A DNA stretch of 64,000 nucleotides from Eledone cirrhosa (taxonomy: Eukaryota): contig OZ024745.1 of NCBI GenBank assembly GCA_964016885.1, positions 24,304,001 to 24,368,000 on the forward strand. The letters run 5' to 3'. The notes below the pieces were generated by a model. The model made no database searches. It had not been told where the DNA came from and worked only from the letters and a program-made list of their open reading frames with translations. The position numbers and the translations under genes were made by a program. Positions 1 through 14,745 of this stretch are shown here, in pieces (the stretch's first letter is position 1; every line of letters begins with the position of its first letter).

Positions 1-599
1 TCGATTTATTTGTTCCCTTTATTTAATTCAGAAGGAATTTAATAACCCCAGCTGATTTCTAATTACTTTTAGAGCAGACAAATTAAGATTTATCATAATG
101 TACATAACATGTTTAGATCTGTTTCATTCGTTTGAAATCACCAGGAATGTATGTCATTATTGTGTGACATATAAGCCAGGAGGAAGGTATGAAATTACCA
201 TTTTCCTGTCAAAGTTAGCACAAAGGGGTTTTCACGTGACCTTATGTGTTTCTTATGAAAACTATACATATATGTCATTAAATGATATGTATAGTTTCCT
301 TATGGAAGCTCTATACACACATAGGCATCCATGCATATACATAATGAGGTATCTGTGTGAGACTCTGGTTGTTGCTCGCTACTGTTTCTCCGTTGAGTGA
401 TTGTCTATATCCAAGTACTTCTTTAAATACACAATAATAACATAACCAAAATCCCAGGACTTACAAATATACAGAGCAAACAAAAAATATCACAACTAGG
501 CACCGCACACATATTACGAAGAGTACTCGCTTCGTGACTGCCTCAAACAATTCGATTGGTATCTGCGACATTGCGGCTACAACTTCGATAAAAATCTAT

Positions 600-922
<323 letters not shown>

Positions 923-1418
923 CGTAAAATAAGAAAATTATAAAAATTAACTTACTTACTAAAATTTCACTCCAACTAATTAGTTTCTGAAAGGGATTAA
1001 ACATAGTTTCCGAAGAAACGTAAGGAGGAGCCTTTCGTCAATCGGGAAGTCTATTCTCAGCTAAGTTTACAGGCAATACGTGGACACAGGGAACTTATAC
1101 AAAAATAATTCAGTAGATGGAAAAAAAGCAAAGCGTGGACTAAGTTCCAAGCCATTGAAAAAATCACTGCCTACTGCGTCGGTGGCAAATTCAAAAGAAT
1201 CAATCACGTGACATCGAGGTCAATCAGTGAAGAGTGGTTTGTTAAGAAGACAGCAGCCGGACCGTTACTATGAACTATAGTAGCAGTTTTGGCCAATTTT
1301 GGCTCGACAAAATAATTTGGAGATAATTATAAACAATTAGTATATCTACTAACATATATATACACATGCATCTGTATATATATGCATCTGTATATATATG
1401 TTAGTAGATATACTAATT

Positions 1419-1601
<183 letters not shown>

Positions 1602-2209
1602 TATATTATGTAGATAAATCTACCAAGAGTTTACGGTAGTGTCCAATCCGTATGAAGAACTCAATGTATTCCGGATATCATGGAAAGAAGAGATGTAATG
1701 AAAAATCACTTTCGGTGAAAGATAAACGGTATACAGAGTCAAGATAAAATATTAAACAAATAATGAATAAACAATTCCTTATATTAAACAAAAAAAGTTC
1801 ATTATTTAACGATCGTTTCTAGGATATATATGTGTTAGAATTGGTATGCATATTCAACAGATCTATGTACAAAATTATACAAAATTATACAAATTATCAA
1901 GATTAAATATACATACCAACAAAATTCTGCTTCAAATATTATAAACCTAACTAATTCACACCTTAGAAATCAATATGTTAACTATCTTTGGTTTAGTTAA
2001 CATATAGTTAATGGTATACTTGTTTATTTTGAGATGCATAGATTTTGCCTTAGTTCTTGTTTGTTGTATTTCCTAACACTGAAACTATGTAAAAACATAC
2101 ATTGGATCAAGATACGGAAAATATTCTATGTTTCTTGAAACATATATTTAATATGATCCCCTTCTCCAAACCCCCCCTTTCCCCCATACTATTATCATCT
2201 GTATTTGTA

Positions 2210-2695
2210 AGCGTGTATGTATGAATATATATATGTAGGTAGGTGTCTATATAGGTTTGGGTATTTATATCTGAATATAAAAATACATATATGCGCATGC
2301 AAATATGAATGTAAGATTGTGTGTGTATATATGAGTGTGTGTATATATGTATATATGTGTATATATGCATGTATATATGTATGTGTATGTGAATGTGTAT
2401 ATGTATATGTGTATGTATGTGTATGTATGTATATATATATATATATATATGTATATGTGTATATATAGAGATATATATATATATATATATATGTATATGT
2501 ATGTGTGTGTGTATGTATGTGTGTGTATGTGTGTTGTGTATATATATATGTATGTCTCCCTATTTATATGTCTATCTTCGTATCTATGTGATATATGTGT
2601 GTGTGTGTACATGTATGCACATATATGTGTTTATGTATATATGTGTGTGTGTGCACACACATATATATGTGAGTGTGTATATGTGTCTGTGTATA

Positions 2696-2740
<45 letters not shown>

Positions 2741-2834
2741 GTGTCTATGTGTGATTATATGTCTATATTTCGTATGTATGTATATATGTATGTATATGTC
2801 TATATGTATATATATATATATATATATGTGTATG

Positions 2835-2865
<31 letters not shown>

Positions 2866-3546
2866 TATTTTTTTATTATTATAATATAACTTATGTGTAT
2901 GTGTGTATATGTGAGGTTGTGTATGTGTATGTAATATGTGTATATATAAGTGTAGAAAAATTTTATATATATATATGTGCATGTCTGTTTTTTATGTGTG
3001 TGTATATATATATATATATATACGTGTGTATATATATGTATATGTGGGTGTTTGTATGTGTATTTATGGTGGTATGTGTGTGTGGGTATCTATATATATA
3101 TATATGTATATGAATGTGTGTGTGTATATATATATATATGTATGTATATATATATATATATATATACATACATATGTATGTATATATATGTCTCTATTAA
3201 TGCGTGTATATATGTATATACATATGCCTTTTTATTTTTATTTGTATGTCTGAGTTAGGTGAGGTTGTAGTGGCGTTTTTATGTATATACGCATATATGG
3301 ATGTGTATGTATTTGTATATATGAGTATAAGTAAGTGCATATGTATGTATGATTATATATCTAATTCTATGTATGAATATACATGTATATATATATGTAT
3401 GTATGTAAGTTGTGTGTGTATGTATGTATGTGTCTATGTGTGTATATATATATGTATGTATATCGATGTACGTGTATGTATGTACATGTACGTCTATGTA
3501 TGTGTGTATGTATATGTATGTATATATGTGTGTACGTGTATATATA

Positions 3547-3579
<33 letters not shown>

Positions 3580-3889
3580 ATATATATATATATGTATATA
3601 TCTTTATTATTTATTTTTTTTTATATATATGTGTATGTGTGTATGTGTTGTGTGTGTGTGTGTATGTATATATATCTTTATATATGTGTATGTGTATGTT
3701 CGTGTAGGTGTTTGTGTGTGTATGACTTTATATGTATGTGTGTATGTGTGTATGCGTATATATTTCTATGCGTGTGTACATGTATGTATGTGTGTGTATG
3801 TGTATGTGTGTATGTGTATATGTATGTGTATATATATATATATATATATGTATATGTTATATATATATATATATGTGTATATATATATC

Positions 3890-3931
<42 letters not shown>

Positions 3932-4244
3932 TTTCTATTTGTATATGTATGTGTGTATAGGTATATACCTGTCTCTTTGTATTTCTAAGTTGTGTGATAG
4001 TGTAGTGGTGTTTGTATGTATATACCGATATATAGATGCGTAAGTATTTGTCTGTATGTATATATGTAAGTCTGTATATATTTGTGTGTATATATAGCTA
4101 TGTATGTGTATATCTGTATGTATATTAGTATGTAAGTGTTTTATATGTGCATGTATGTGTGTGGTTATATATATGTGCGTCTATATAGTATGTGTGATTA
4201 TATGTATATGTGTGTGTATATGTACGTGTATGTACATATGTGTG

Positions 4245-4301
<57 letters not shown>

Positions 4302-4486
4302 GTGTATTTGTGCGTATATGTGTATATGTATGTATGTGTGTATATGTATATGTTTATATATGTGTGTGTATGTATGTTCTTAGTGTGGATGTGTGTATAT
4401 GTATGTATGTGTTTGTATATGTGTGTATATTTATGTATGTGTGTGTGTGTGTGTCTATGTGTATATATATGTATATTGTATATATA

Positions 4487-4525
<39 letters not shown>

Positions 4526-4560
4526 ATATATGTATGTATATATATATATATATATGTATA
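2210..4560. repeat. Degenerate (TA)n/(TG)n/(TATG)n compound microsatellite
   Basis: Direct reading. Confidence 0.95.
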
Positions 4561-5210
4561 TTTTCTTGATATATTTCTTTTTTCTTTTTTCTTTTTTCTT
4601 TTTTCTTTTTTCTTTCTATTCTTTCCTCTTTAATGTTTTTTTATTATTTTTTATATTTTTTATTTTCTTAGTTTATAGATACATCTATATTAGGCAGTCT
4701 GCTCACACCGTTGAATACTGACCTCACCCCCCCCCTCCCACCTAATTTCTGTATCTTGATCTAAAAATGTGTGCGCCAGTGTTTTATGTGAGTGAATTAA
4801 TATCCATATGCTTATGATTTTATATCCACATATATAAATGTGAGTGGGGGTGTGTGTGTGTTTGTATGTTCGTGGTTATGTGTATATTTATGCATATACG
4901 CGCGTGTATGTGTGATTGTACGGATAAGTGTGAGTATGAAAAAATATATTTATATTTCATACTTGTGTCAATACGCATCTTATCGGTGCATTATAAACTT
5001 ACAGAGACATTAACCTTGAAATTTTGTATTTGCATCCATCCTTTTAGTATGCGTATACAAATTATACATACATTTTTGTAAAATATGTGTAAGGGTTTTA
5101 CATGTATATACACACACCGAACTGCATTTAACCCTTTGTGTTTTCATTGGTCAATTTTGTTCCCAAACGGACCTGAAATTTTGAATTGTTGTTATTATCA
5201 ATAAATATAC

Positions 5211-5364
5211 TTCATTATTTCTGAAGACGGCGTATATATGTGTTGGTATGTATATTTAATCTTGATAATTTGTATAATTTTGTATAATTTTGTACATAGA
5301 TCTGTTGAATATGCATACCAATTCTAACACATATATACCCTAGAAACGATCGTTAAATAATGAA
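5211..5364 (+). ncRNA. Type I hammerhead ribozyme motif with very long stem II
   Basis: Stem I TTCATTATTT(5211-20)/AAATAATGAA(5355-64); CTGAAGA 5221-27; ~115-nt stem II; GAAA 5343-46; palindromic stem III CGATCG; GUU site. Confidence 0.8.
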
Positions 5365-5415
5365 CTTTTTTTGTTTAATATAAGGAATTGTTTATTCATT
5401 ATTTGTTTAATATTT

Positions 5416-5487
<72 letters not shown>

Positions 5488-5733
5488 AAGAGAAAACACA
5501 GGTAAGCATTAAGAAAAGGATTTTATCCAGGTATTTACATTGGTAAGTGCAACCTTATATTGGTATACTGCAAATAGCAGTCACTCAATGATAATTGTTG
5601 TATACTTTATACTCCAATATTGAACGGAATTCCTACAAACTTGTGGAGTTACCCATAACCGTACGTTGAAACAGTCCACGAAACAGGCTTTCTTAACCAC
5701 GAACTAGATCACAATAAGCAATTTCCTGCTTCC

Positions 5734-6260
<527 letters not shown>

Positions 6261-6295
6261 CATATATATATGTACGTGTACATACACACTTATAT

Positions 6296-6398
<103 letters not shown>

Positions 6399-6589
6399 AA
6401 TTTTAGTACAGCATTAACGAAGCTTTTGGCTGCGGCAAAGCTAACGAATGCAGATTCGGAATGCAGCTTACCACTCGATGGAGAATAATACCGCAGAGTT
6501 ATAACAATACGTTTAGACAGCTTTGCAAATCAAATACAGCGACCGACAGTCTATCCGCATTGCCATAGCAACGAAAAAAACTGAACTCA

Positions 6590-6960
6590 GGAAAAAATGT
6601 TGACATATAGAATAGAAAACGAAAAATCAGTGATGCATCTGAACTCAATTTATTGTGCGTTACAATTGTTTCGCCGGCGGACAGCTCGAGACGCGATCAT
6701 TGTGTGGATCTGTCTGATTCTGGACCCGCAGACAATATGCTCCGAAATCATTAGGCGTGTCCATCGAACCTGCGGGTCCAGAATCAGACAGATCCAGACA
6801 TTGATCGCGTCTCGAGCTGTCCGCCGGGGAAACAATTGTAACACACAATAAATTGAGTTCAGATGTATCACTGATTTTTCGTTTTCTATTCTATCATACT
6901 CTGCTATGTAAGAGCATAGAGTGCTCATCCGGCATACCGCCTATGGAAGCATCTTAGCTA
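6590..6960. mobile_element. Fold-back element with GAAA-CAATTG-TA half-hammerhead
   Basis: ~125-bp inverted arms 6607-6732/6769-6894; homolog at 55690-55800. Confidence 0.6.
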
Positions 6961-6962
6961 CC

Positions 6963-7089
<127 letters not shown>

Positions 7090-7124
7090 CACACACACAC
7101 ACACACGCACACACACCACACACA

Positions 7125-7212
<88 letters not shown>

Positions 7213-7449
7213 GAAAAAGTGAAGAATAACATAGTCAACAGTTCAAAAAAGGGATTTATTTACAGTGTAACAACTGTTTCACTGATTAAGTTGTCTCAAA
7301 AAATTGCTGAACACTAGAAACAGTGCCACTTAAATACGATGTTAGCTTAATCAGATCGATAGAGACGATACATTACTTTTAGCTAAAAACCTAAATAATC
7401 AAAACTTAGAAAGATTACAGAACTCTACGGAACTCTACTCTAAAAAAGC

Positions 7450-8620
7450 TAACTTCTTATATGTATCGCTTAACCTAAACACTGGACTGATAGAACCCTT
7501 CCATAAACATAATGAAAATTTAGCTTACATTAATTATAAATCTAATTAGCCTTGATCCATAATTAACTCCATAGCACATAGTATATCCCTTAGAATCTCG
7601 CAACTATTTTCTAATCTAGAGATTTTTAACGAACACGCTAACTACTACAACATAGCTTTACTTAAGGCCATAAAGAGAGACTCAAATACATACCAGATAC
7701 AAAAAATAACAACACACTTAATAGAAATAACACTATCCACAACTATAGAAGCAACAAATCTAGGACTAAACATAGAAATTGGCAACAAGCACGAGAATTA
7801 ATTGAACAGAATACTAATATAAAGACCACTAGTAACTATAGAAGATGCAGAGATAGAAAGTACTTATGGTTCAATCCAATATTTAACTCCTCTATAAAAA
7901 CAAAACTACTTCACACTTTCTTCAAATTAGTTGGCAAACACTTCCCTAAAATTCATAAATATCATAAAACTTTAATAGAAAAACTATCAACTATCATACT
8001 CCACTGCCAACAACATAGAATCGCACATACATAAAATTAACTATAAAAGAATTTATAATACAAGTAGCCCGCAAATAAGTACCATAACACCAAATACAAA
8101 ACACAAACATATAACATCATCACAACCAAATACACATCAGAATAAATCACCACAATACATCAACAAACCCAATTCTCAGCCCATACATAACAACTTGCAA
8201 AACAATATCGAAGAACCGGCACATAGGGAGGCATCTACCTGACAAATGCCCATTACAAAATAGATGCCTGGAGTCAAATATAGTGTACCTATGTACTATA
8301 AATTCAAGCAGCTTAGCATGGCACTACATAGGTTACACAGCTGGGGAGTTTAAGAAAAGGTGGTATGTCCATAGACACTCTATGAATAACAGGAAGCTCA
8401 TAAATACAATAACACTCGCCAATAAAATCTGGCAACTCAGAGATGCAAACATGGAATATAAAATCAGCTGGACGAAGCTATCAACAGCAATGGCCTATCG
8501 AATTGGTATGTCCCACTGTGGTCTTTGTAATATGGAGCTTTTCCAAATTACAACAAAATGCTACTTAGTAAAATTGAAAGAACTATTTTCTGTAGGCATA
8601 AAACGGCGACCAAATTTGAG
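7450..8620 (+). pseudogene. PLE RT C-terminus + GIY-YIG endonuclease, with stops and frameshifts
   Basis: FLYVSLNLNTGLIEPFHKHNENLAYINYKSN*; LRISQLFSNLEIFNEHANYYNIAL; WFNPIFN; CPLQNRCLESNIVY...YIGYTAGEFKKRWYVH...CGLCNME. Confidence 0.85.
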
Positions 8621-9347
8621 AACTTTAGACCAGCTTAATTCATCTAATCTATTCCATAGCCCAAATTGTACCACTTAGATCTATTATAATATCCAATTAT
8701 CATCATTATTATTATAATTGTCATCATCTATCAATGAACCAACATCATAACCTCTTATATTTTACATTCATATTTTATATAACTCTATCTTTCACTTTCT
8801 ATCTTTCTATTTCTCTCCCTAAACTTATTTCATCTCTGGCATTTTATCTTATTTTATCTTATCATATCATTTTCATTTCTAATATAACTTACAACTAATT
8901 AATCAAATAATTAATTAATTATATAACCAATCTCAATAACCACTTTCAATAAGCTTAATATGTTTAAATTTCTTCGCACATTTTTACTTATTTATTTTCA
9001 TATTTTGTATTATTTTATATCATCCTCGAAGTAACTTGTTTATTTATTTATTTACATTTATTCATGTATTAACATTTATTCATTTATTGTTGATATCGTC
9101 GTTTTCCTTCTATTTTTCTTTTTCTCTACCTTTATTTCTCCTCTATCCTTTTCTCTCCTCTTTCTCTCCTCTTTTCTCTATGTCTTTTTTTCTCTATATA
9201 TCTTTCTCTGTTTTCCTTTCTCTTTTTTCTTTTTCCGTTTTCTTTCTTTCTTTTATCTATCTCTCTTTCTTTTTTTTCTCTCTCTATCTTTATTATTAAT
9301 ATTATTAATGATGCTGTAATATGAATTTGTAAATTTACCGGATAGTT

Positions 9348-9453
9348 GTCTCTGATGATCTGATTAAGCTAACATCGTTTTTGAAATTGAGTGGCACTGC
9401 TTCTAGTGTACAGCAATTTTTAGACAACTTAATCAGTGAAACAAATGTTAGAC
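9348..9453 (+). ncRNA. Type I hammerhead motif in PLE pLTR
   Basis: GTCT-CTGATGA(9352-58); stem II closed by CTGATTAAG/CTTAATCAG; GAAA 9438-41; CAAATG; TT^AGAC. Confidence 0.7.
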
Positions 9454-9654
9454 TGTAAATAAATCCCTTTTGTGTACTGTTGACCATGTTATTCTTCACT
9501 TTTTCAATTTTATTACTCCAAGATAAACTTACATAGGAATACAAGTGAAATCATAAACTCGCCGTACGCTAAAACTATCCATAATAAGAAGTATTCACAA
9601 CCTCTAACTGGATACCTGTAACGATATTTTGTTATCCCTTATCTGTATATATAT

Positions 9655-10405
9655 ATATAACGATGAAGTTTTCTGTGTGTGTGTGTATATGTGTGTGTGG
9701 ACAATTTTTAATGAGGGATCATAAACCATTCATGCGATTTCTTTGAAATTTTTTGCAGAGCTTCTCCTTGCACAAAACCTCTACATGATCTACAAAAGCT
9801 TTCAAAAATCGATATTGGGGCCTTTGGAGACATTAAAAAAGTTTCGGTTATTTGTGTCAATTTTCGTGATTAAGTAAGACAAGAGTTATCTTTCGTCAAT
9901 ACAATAGGAACTCATTTTTGATGACGTTGGCTATTCTCGAGTTGGTAATCCTGACAACCTATTTATTTATGCTCCTGTGAGGAAACCAAAAATGTTGTGT
10001 ATAAATCTGCTCTTCAATAATCCAAAAGACAATGAGTGCTCCCACCCAACATCCACCTCTTTTTATAACGATTTACTCATCCATCAGTTCCCCCCTGTTA
10101 TGTCCAATCTGTATTGTTATCCAACCTATGTACATAATAGTGTCTATTATTCACTTCACTTCTCTATTTCATGATGAGCTTTTACTGTTGTCAAAAAATG
10201 TATACCTAGACTGGATTTCTGTTGTTACATGGGATAACGGATGACACCGAGCTCACATATTAATTATTTCGCTGGAATAGTGCCTAAGGTTTTCCTGTTT
10301 ACATAAAGTACGTTTTTCTTCTATGTATTCAAATTTACTTTGTTTAATTTAATGAGCTACATCGAAAGCTACTTGAACCGTCCAAAGGACGGGTTCTTTA
10401 TCTAG
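9655..10405 (+). mobile_element. Non-autonomous Helitron with PIF1 helicase C-terminal remnant
   Basis: 3' hairpin CCGTCC-AAA-GGACGG then CTAG (10402-05); remnant YSRVGNPDNLFIYAP..ETKNVVYKSALQ* at ~9930-10020. Confidence 0.75.
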
Positions 10406-10520
10406 TATATATATATATATTTCAACACCCCAAAATCTCTGTTCTTGGTACATAGTTGAAAACATATCTATCTATGTATGTATATACGTACGTATGCATA
10501 CATACACACACCATTCACAA

Positions 10521-10626
<106 letters not shown>

Positions 10627-10759
10627 GTTTAACAAGGTTCAATGAATTCATCAATGAATAAAGTTTCACAATAGATATAAGCACTCTACAGTAGGTTTTC
10701 TGGAGTTATTAATATTACTTCAAAATATTAATAAATATAGATATTCATGTGATCCAATA

Positions 10760-10825
10760 TATTTTATTATACATATTTCAGAGATACTGAGCTATTTCAA
10801 CAGTACGTCCTCATCAGATAAATTA
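10760..10825 (-). ncRNA. Type I hammerhead motif (inverted arm)
   Basis: Reverse complement of 10918-10983 with one stem I mismatch. Confidence 0.7.
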
Positions 10826-10917
10826 AGTTGATGCCTGACATATCTTGACTATGTTGATGGTTATGCCGTGACTAAATTATAACCATCAACATAGTCAAGG
10901 TATGCCAGGCATCAACT

Positions 10918-10983
10918 TATTTTATCTGATGAGGACGTACTGTTGAAATAGCTCAGTATCTCTGAAATATGTATAATAAAATA
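10918..10983 (+). ncRNA. Type I hammerhead motif
   Basis: TATTTTAT-CTGATGA(10926-32)-stem II GTACTG/CAGTAT-GAAA(10964-67)-TATGTA-TA^ATAAAATA. Confidence 0.8.
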
Positions 10984-11025
10984 TATTGGATCACATGAAT
11001 GTCTATATTTATTAATATTTTGAAG

Positions 11026-11092
<67 letters not shown>

Positions 11093-11194
11093 GTCCCTCA
11101 TCAGTGATTTGCCAACCATCATTGGTATTTCATCGCATTAAAAATCATATACCTCAGGTTGGTGCGAGCAATAACTAAAATAAGCTATTGGGAC
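11093..11194 (-). ncRNA. Non-circularly permuted hammerhead candidate (inverted copy)
   Basis: Reverse complement of 11852-11953. Confidence 0.7.
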
Positions 11195-11324
11195 AAGTGA
11201 ATCGCGTAAAGCGAGTGAGACAAGTAAACAACATAGAAGGAAAAGCAAACCGAAGGTAGGAAAAAAGCAAGCAACATGATGGTTATCCGATCAGCATAAG
11301 CTGGGTGAATTTCATGATTCACTT

Positions 11325-11426
11325 GTCCCAATAGCTTATTTTAGTTATTGCTCGCACCAACCTGAGGTATATGATTTTTAATGCGATGAAATACCAATGA
11401 TGGTTGGCAAATCACTGATGAGGGAC
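11325..11426 (+). ncRNA. Non-circularly permuted hammerhead candidate (site>GAAA>CUGAUGA)
   Basis: Identical to 11852-11953; predicted cleavage after A11371. Confidence 0.75.
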
Positions 11427-11851
11427 TAATTTTATAATATGTAACCCATGTGCAACCACGCAATTTTCCTCTTTCTTCCCATGTTTTTTATACATATTTA
11501 CCTCGACTGCGATTGTCTGTTTCTCTCTTTCTGCTCCCCCGTTCTCTCTGTTTCTCTCACCTTCTTTCGCCCCCTCTGTCAGTTACACTTTCTCTCGACT
11601 GACCTCTTCCTCGCACTTCCACTCACTCACTCTCTGTTTCTCCCCTTCTCACTTCCTCCCGTTCGTTAGTAGTGGGATTCTTTCTTTCTCACATCTCATT
11701 CACGTCGAAGGGTCTGTTTTCTGACCGCTCATGAAATTCACCCAGCTTATGCTGATCGGATAACCATCATGCTGCTTGCTTTTTTCCTACCTTCGGTTTG
11801 CTTTTCCTTCTATGTTGTTTACTTGTCTCACTCGCTTTACGCGATTCACTT

Positions 11852-11953
11852 GTCCCAATAGCTTATTTTAGTTATTGCTCGCACCAACCTGAGGTATATG
11901 ATTTTTAATGCGATGAAATACCAATGATGGTTGGCAAATCACTGATGAGGGAC
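11852..11953 (+). ncRNA. Non-circularly permuted hammerhead candidate (site>GAAA>CUGAUGA)
   Basis: GGTA-T-A^TGATTT (11893-904); GAAA-TACC (11915-22); AAATCA-CTGATGA-GGGAC (11936-53); accessory helices GTCC/GGAC, TCGCA/TGCGA, CCAACC/GGTTGG. Confidence 0.75.
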
Positions 11954-12143
<190 letters not shown>

Positions 12144-12369
12144 TGTTTATATGTATACAAACACATACGTGCAACTATATATATGTCTTAACGAACTAAG
12201 CACTATTTAACATTACTATAGCTTATCCTTTTCTGTTTGTTTTTAACTGTGCAACTGTTTAACTAATATTGTACTTTTGTTGTTATATTCTAACATCTAA
12301 TTCATCAAAGACTCTACTATATCTACTTTTTACAATGTAGACCAGTCTTAAACAATGTCTGTTTGTCTT

Positions 12370-12960
12370 CGTCTTCTTCTTCTTCTTCTTCTTCTTCTTC
12401 TTCTTCTTCTTCTTCTTCTTCTTCTTCTTCTTCTTCTTCTTTATTATTATTATCTTTCAGTAGAGCAATATATTCTGCTTTGTTTTGAAAAATGCAAATA
12501 TGGCGTTTCCAACTATGTACCAGGAAAATATATTGGCTGGTTGATTATTCAGTCGGTTGGTTAGTTGGTTAGTTATTCAGTCGGTTGGTTGGTTGGCTGG
12601 CTGGTTGGCTGGTTGGTTATTTAGTCGGTTGGTTGGCTGGTTGGTTGTTTAGTCGGTTGGTTAGCTGGTTGGTTGTTTAGTCGGTTGGTTGGTTGGTTGG
12701 TTGGTTGGTTGGTTGGTTGGTTGGTTGGTTGGTTGGTTGGTTGGTTGGTTGGTTGGTTGTTATTTCGTTGGTTGGTTGGCTGGTTGTTTAGTCGGTTGGT
12801 TGGTTGGCTGGTTGTTTAGTCGGTTGTTTGGATGGTTGGCTGGTTGCTTGCTTGCTTGGATGGTTTGTGTAAAAATGGGGCAATATTGGAAGTTGGTGTG
12901 TGTAGTTGTAGCAATAGTAGCAGCATCAACAACAACAACAACAACAACAGCAGCAGCAAC
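12370..12960. repeat. (CTT)n, (TTGG)n and (CAA/CAG)n microsatellites
   Basis: Direct reading. Confidence 0.9.
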
Positions 12961-12964
12961 AGTA

Positions 12965-13187
12965 ATAGGGCACTTGCCCTGGTGGTCAGGGTCACTGTGG
13001 TCTTTTAATGGGCTTCTCGACAAATGTCCCTCGGAAGTCTCCCCCCTATTGGGGAATCTTTCTTTGTTATTTTATTACATCCTCTGTTTTTTTTACTCGC
13101 AGAAATGCCCATTTGTACCGTCCTGTATTGTCCTGTACTGTCCTTAATGTCTACTTTATGTAAACCCTTGTGGTTAATAAAGAAAAC
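12965..13187 (+). mobile_element. 3' UTR fragment of Tx1/L1-like LINE
   Basis: Shares CCCCCCTATTGGGGA and CCCTTGTGGnnAATAAAGAAA terminus with the 19685-20065 (-) copy; followed by (TTA)n/(TAG)n. Confidence 0.55.
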
Positions 13188-13219
13188 ATTATTATTATTA
13201 TTACTATTATTATTATTAT

Positions 13220-13294
<75 letters not shown>

Positions 13295-13643
13295 GTGGTG
13301 GTGGTGGTGGAGCTATGTAAAGATCGTGATATTAGTACAGGAATTTAGGCAATGACCGAATCGTCATTCTAACTTAATGAAAAGAAAAAACAGAAGAAAT
13401 GGTCAATGAATTATTGCGGTATATTGTATTGTTTCTATAGCAACAAGATGGCGATCTCCTGGCCTCACGTTAGATCTTTCCAGAAAGCATCTGACCAAAA
13501 ACTAATAGTAATAATTGATCTATGATAGTGTCAATAGCGTTTATCTGTCTAGCCCAGCCATGTTTCCAACTTTTTCATCTTCTCCAATCTAACTCACCAC
13601 TAAAAATATTTAGAATCAAACAATGAAGAATTTATGTCTTTCT

Positions 13644-14745
13644 TGTGTGTAGGAGTGTGTGTGTGTATGTGTGTGTGTGTGTGTGTAGGAGCGTGTGAGT
13701 GTGTGCGTGTGTGTGTAGGAGTGTGTGTGTGTGTGTGTAGGAGTGTGTGTGTGTGTGTAACTGTGTGTTTGTATGTGTGTGTGTAGGAGTGTGTGTGTGT
13801 GTGTGTAACTGTGTGTTTGTATGTGTAGGAGTGTGTGTGTGTAGGAGTGTGTGTGTGTAGGAGTGTGTGTGTGTGTAGGAGTGTGTGTGTGTCACTGTGT
13901 GTATGTATGTGCATGTGTGTGTGTGTAACTTTGTGTGTGTGTGTGTGTGTGTGTGTGTTTGTATATGCATGTCTTTGTGTGAGTGTGTGTAACTGTGTGT
14001 GTGTGTAGGTATGTGTGTGTGTGAGTAACTGTGTGTGTGTAGATATGTGTGTGTTTTGTGTGTCTATGTGTGTGTAACTGTGTGTGTGTGTTTCTACGTG
14101 CGTGTCTTTGTGTTTGTGTGTGCATGTGTTCGTATATGTATTTGTGTGTGTGTGTGTTTTTTCGTGTTTGTGTGTGTAAATGTGTGTCTGTGTGTGTGTT
14201 TGTATGTGCGTGTCTTTGTGTGTGTGTTTGTGTCTGTGTGTAACTATGTTCGTATGTGGGTGCGTGTGTGTGTTTGTGTGTGTATGTGTTCGTATATGTA
14301 TTTGTGTGTCTATGTGTGTGTTTGTGTGTGTGTTTGTATGCGCATATTTGTGTGTGTGTGAGTGATTATTTGTGTCTGTTAGTGTATGTATGTGTATGTG
14401 CGCTTGTGTGTGTATATGTATGTGTCTGTGTGTGTGTATGTTTAAGTGTGTATGTGTGTATATGTGTCTGTTTATTTGTGTCTGTGTGTATATGTGTATA
14501 TGTTAAAGAGTGTATGTGTGTATGTATCTGTTTATATGTGTGTATATGTTTAAGTGTGTATATGTCTGTTTATATGTGTGTATATGTTTAAGTGTGTATG
14601 TGTGTATATGTCTGTTTATATGTTTAAGTGTGTATGTGTGTATATATCTGTTTATATGTGTGTATGTGTTTAAGTGTGTATGTGTGTATGTGTGTATGTG
14701 TGTATGTGTGTATATGTGTGTATGTGTGTATGTGTGTGTTTGTTG
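13644..14745. repeat. Degenerate (TG)n with GTAGGA and GTAACT interruptions
   Basis: Direct reading. Confidence 0.95.

Larger units (their letters stand above)
1609..5420 (+). mobile_element. PLE-type insertion with inverted pLTR: inverted 3' end (1609-1920) plus 3.5-kb sense body mostly made of TA/TG low-complexity sequence
   Basis: 1745-1920 is the reverse complement of ~5243-5420; 1609-1918 matches 61301-61610; both ends in (TA)n; hammerhead at 5211-5364. Confidence 0.7.
7207..9646 (+). mobile_element. 5'-truncated Penelope-like retroelement (C-terminal GIY-YIG, Hydra-clade-like) with inverted partial pLTR, in (TA)n
   Basis: 7207-7370 is the reverse complement of ~9345-9510; degraded RT-thumb/EN coding 7450-8620; CT-rich 3' UTR; hammerhead 9348-9453. 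Confidence 0.85.

Noticed and set aside
991-1050. Possible minus-strand hammerhead (TTGACGA...GAAACTATGTTTA)
   Set aside because: Stems I and II pair poorly and there is no second copy to confirm it.
11936-11953. Box C/D snoRNA reading of TGATGA/CTGA motifs
   Set aside because: No box C...box D terminal-stem geometry; the motif is explained by covarying hammerhead helices.
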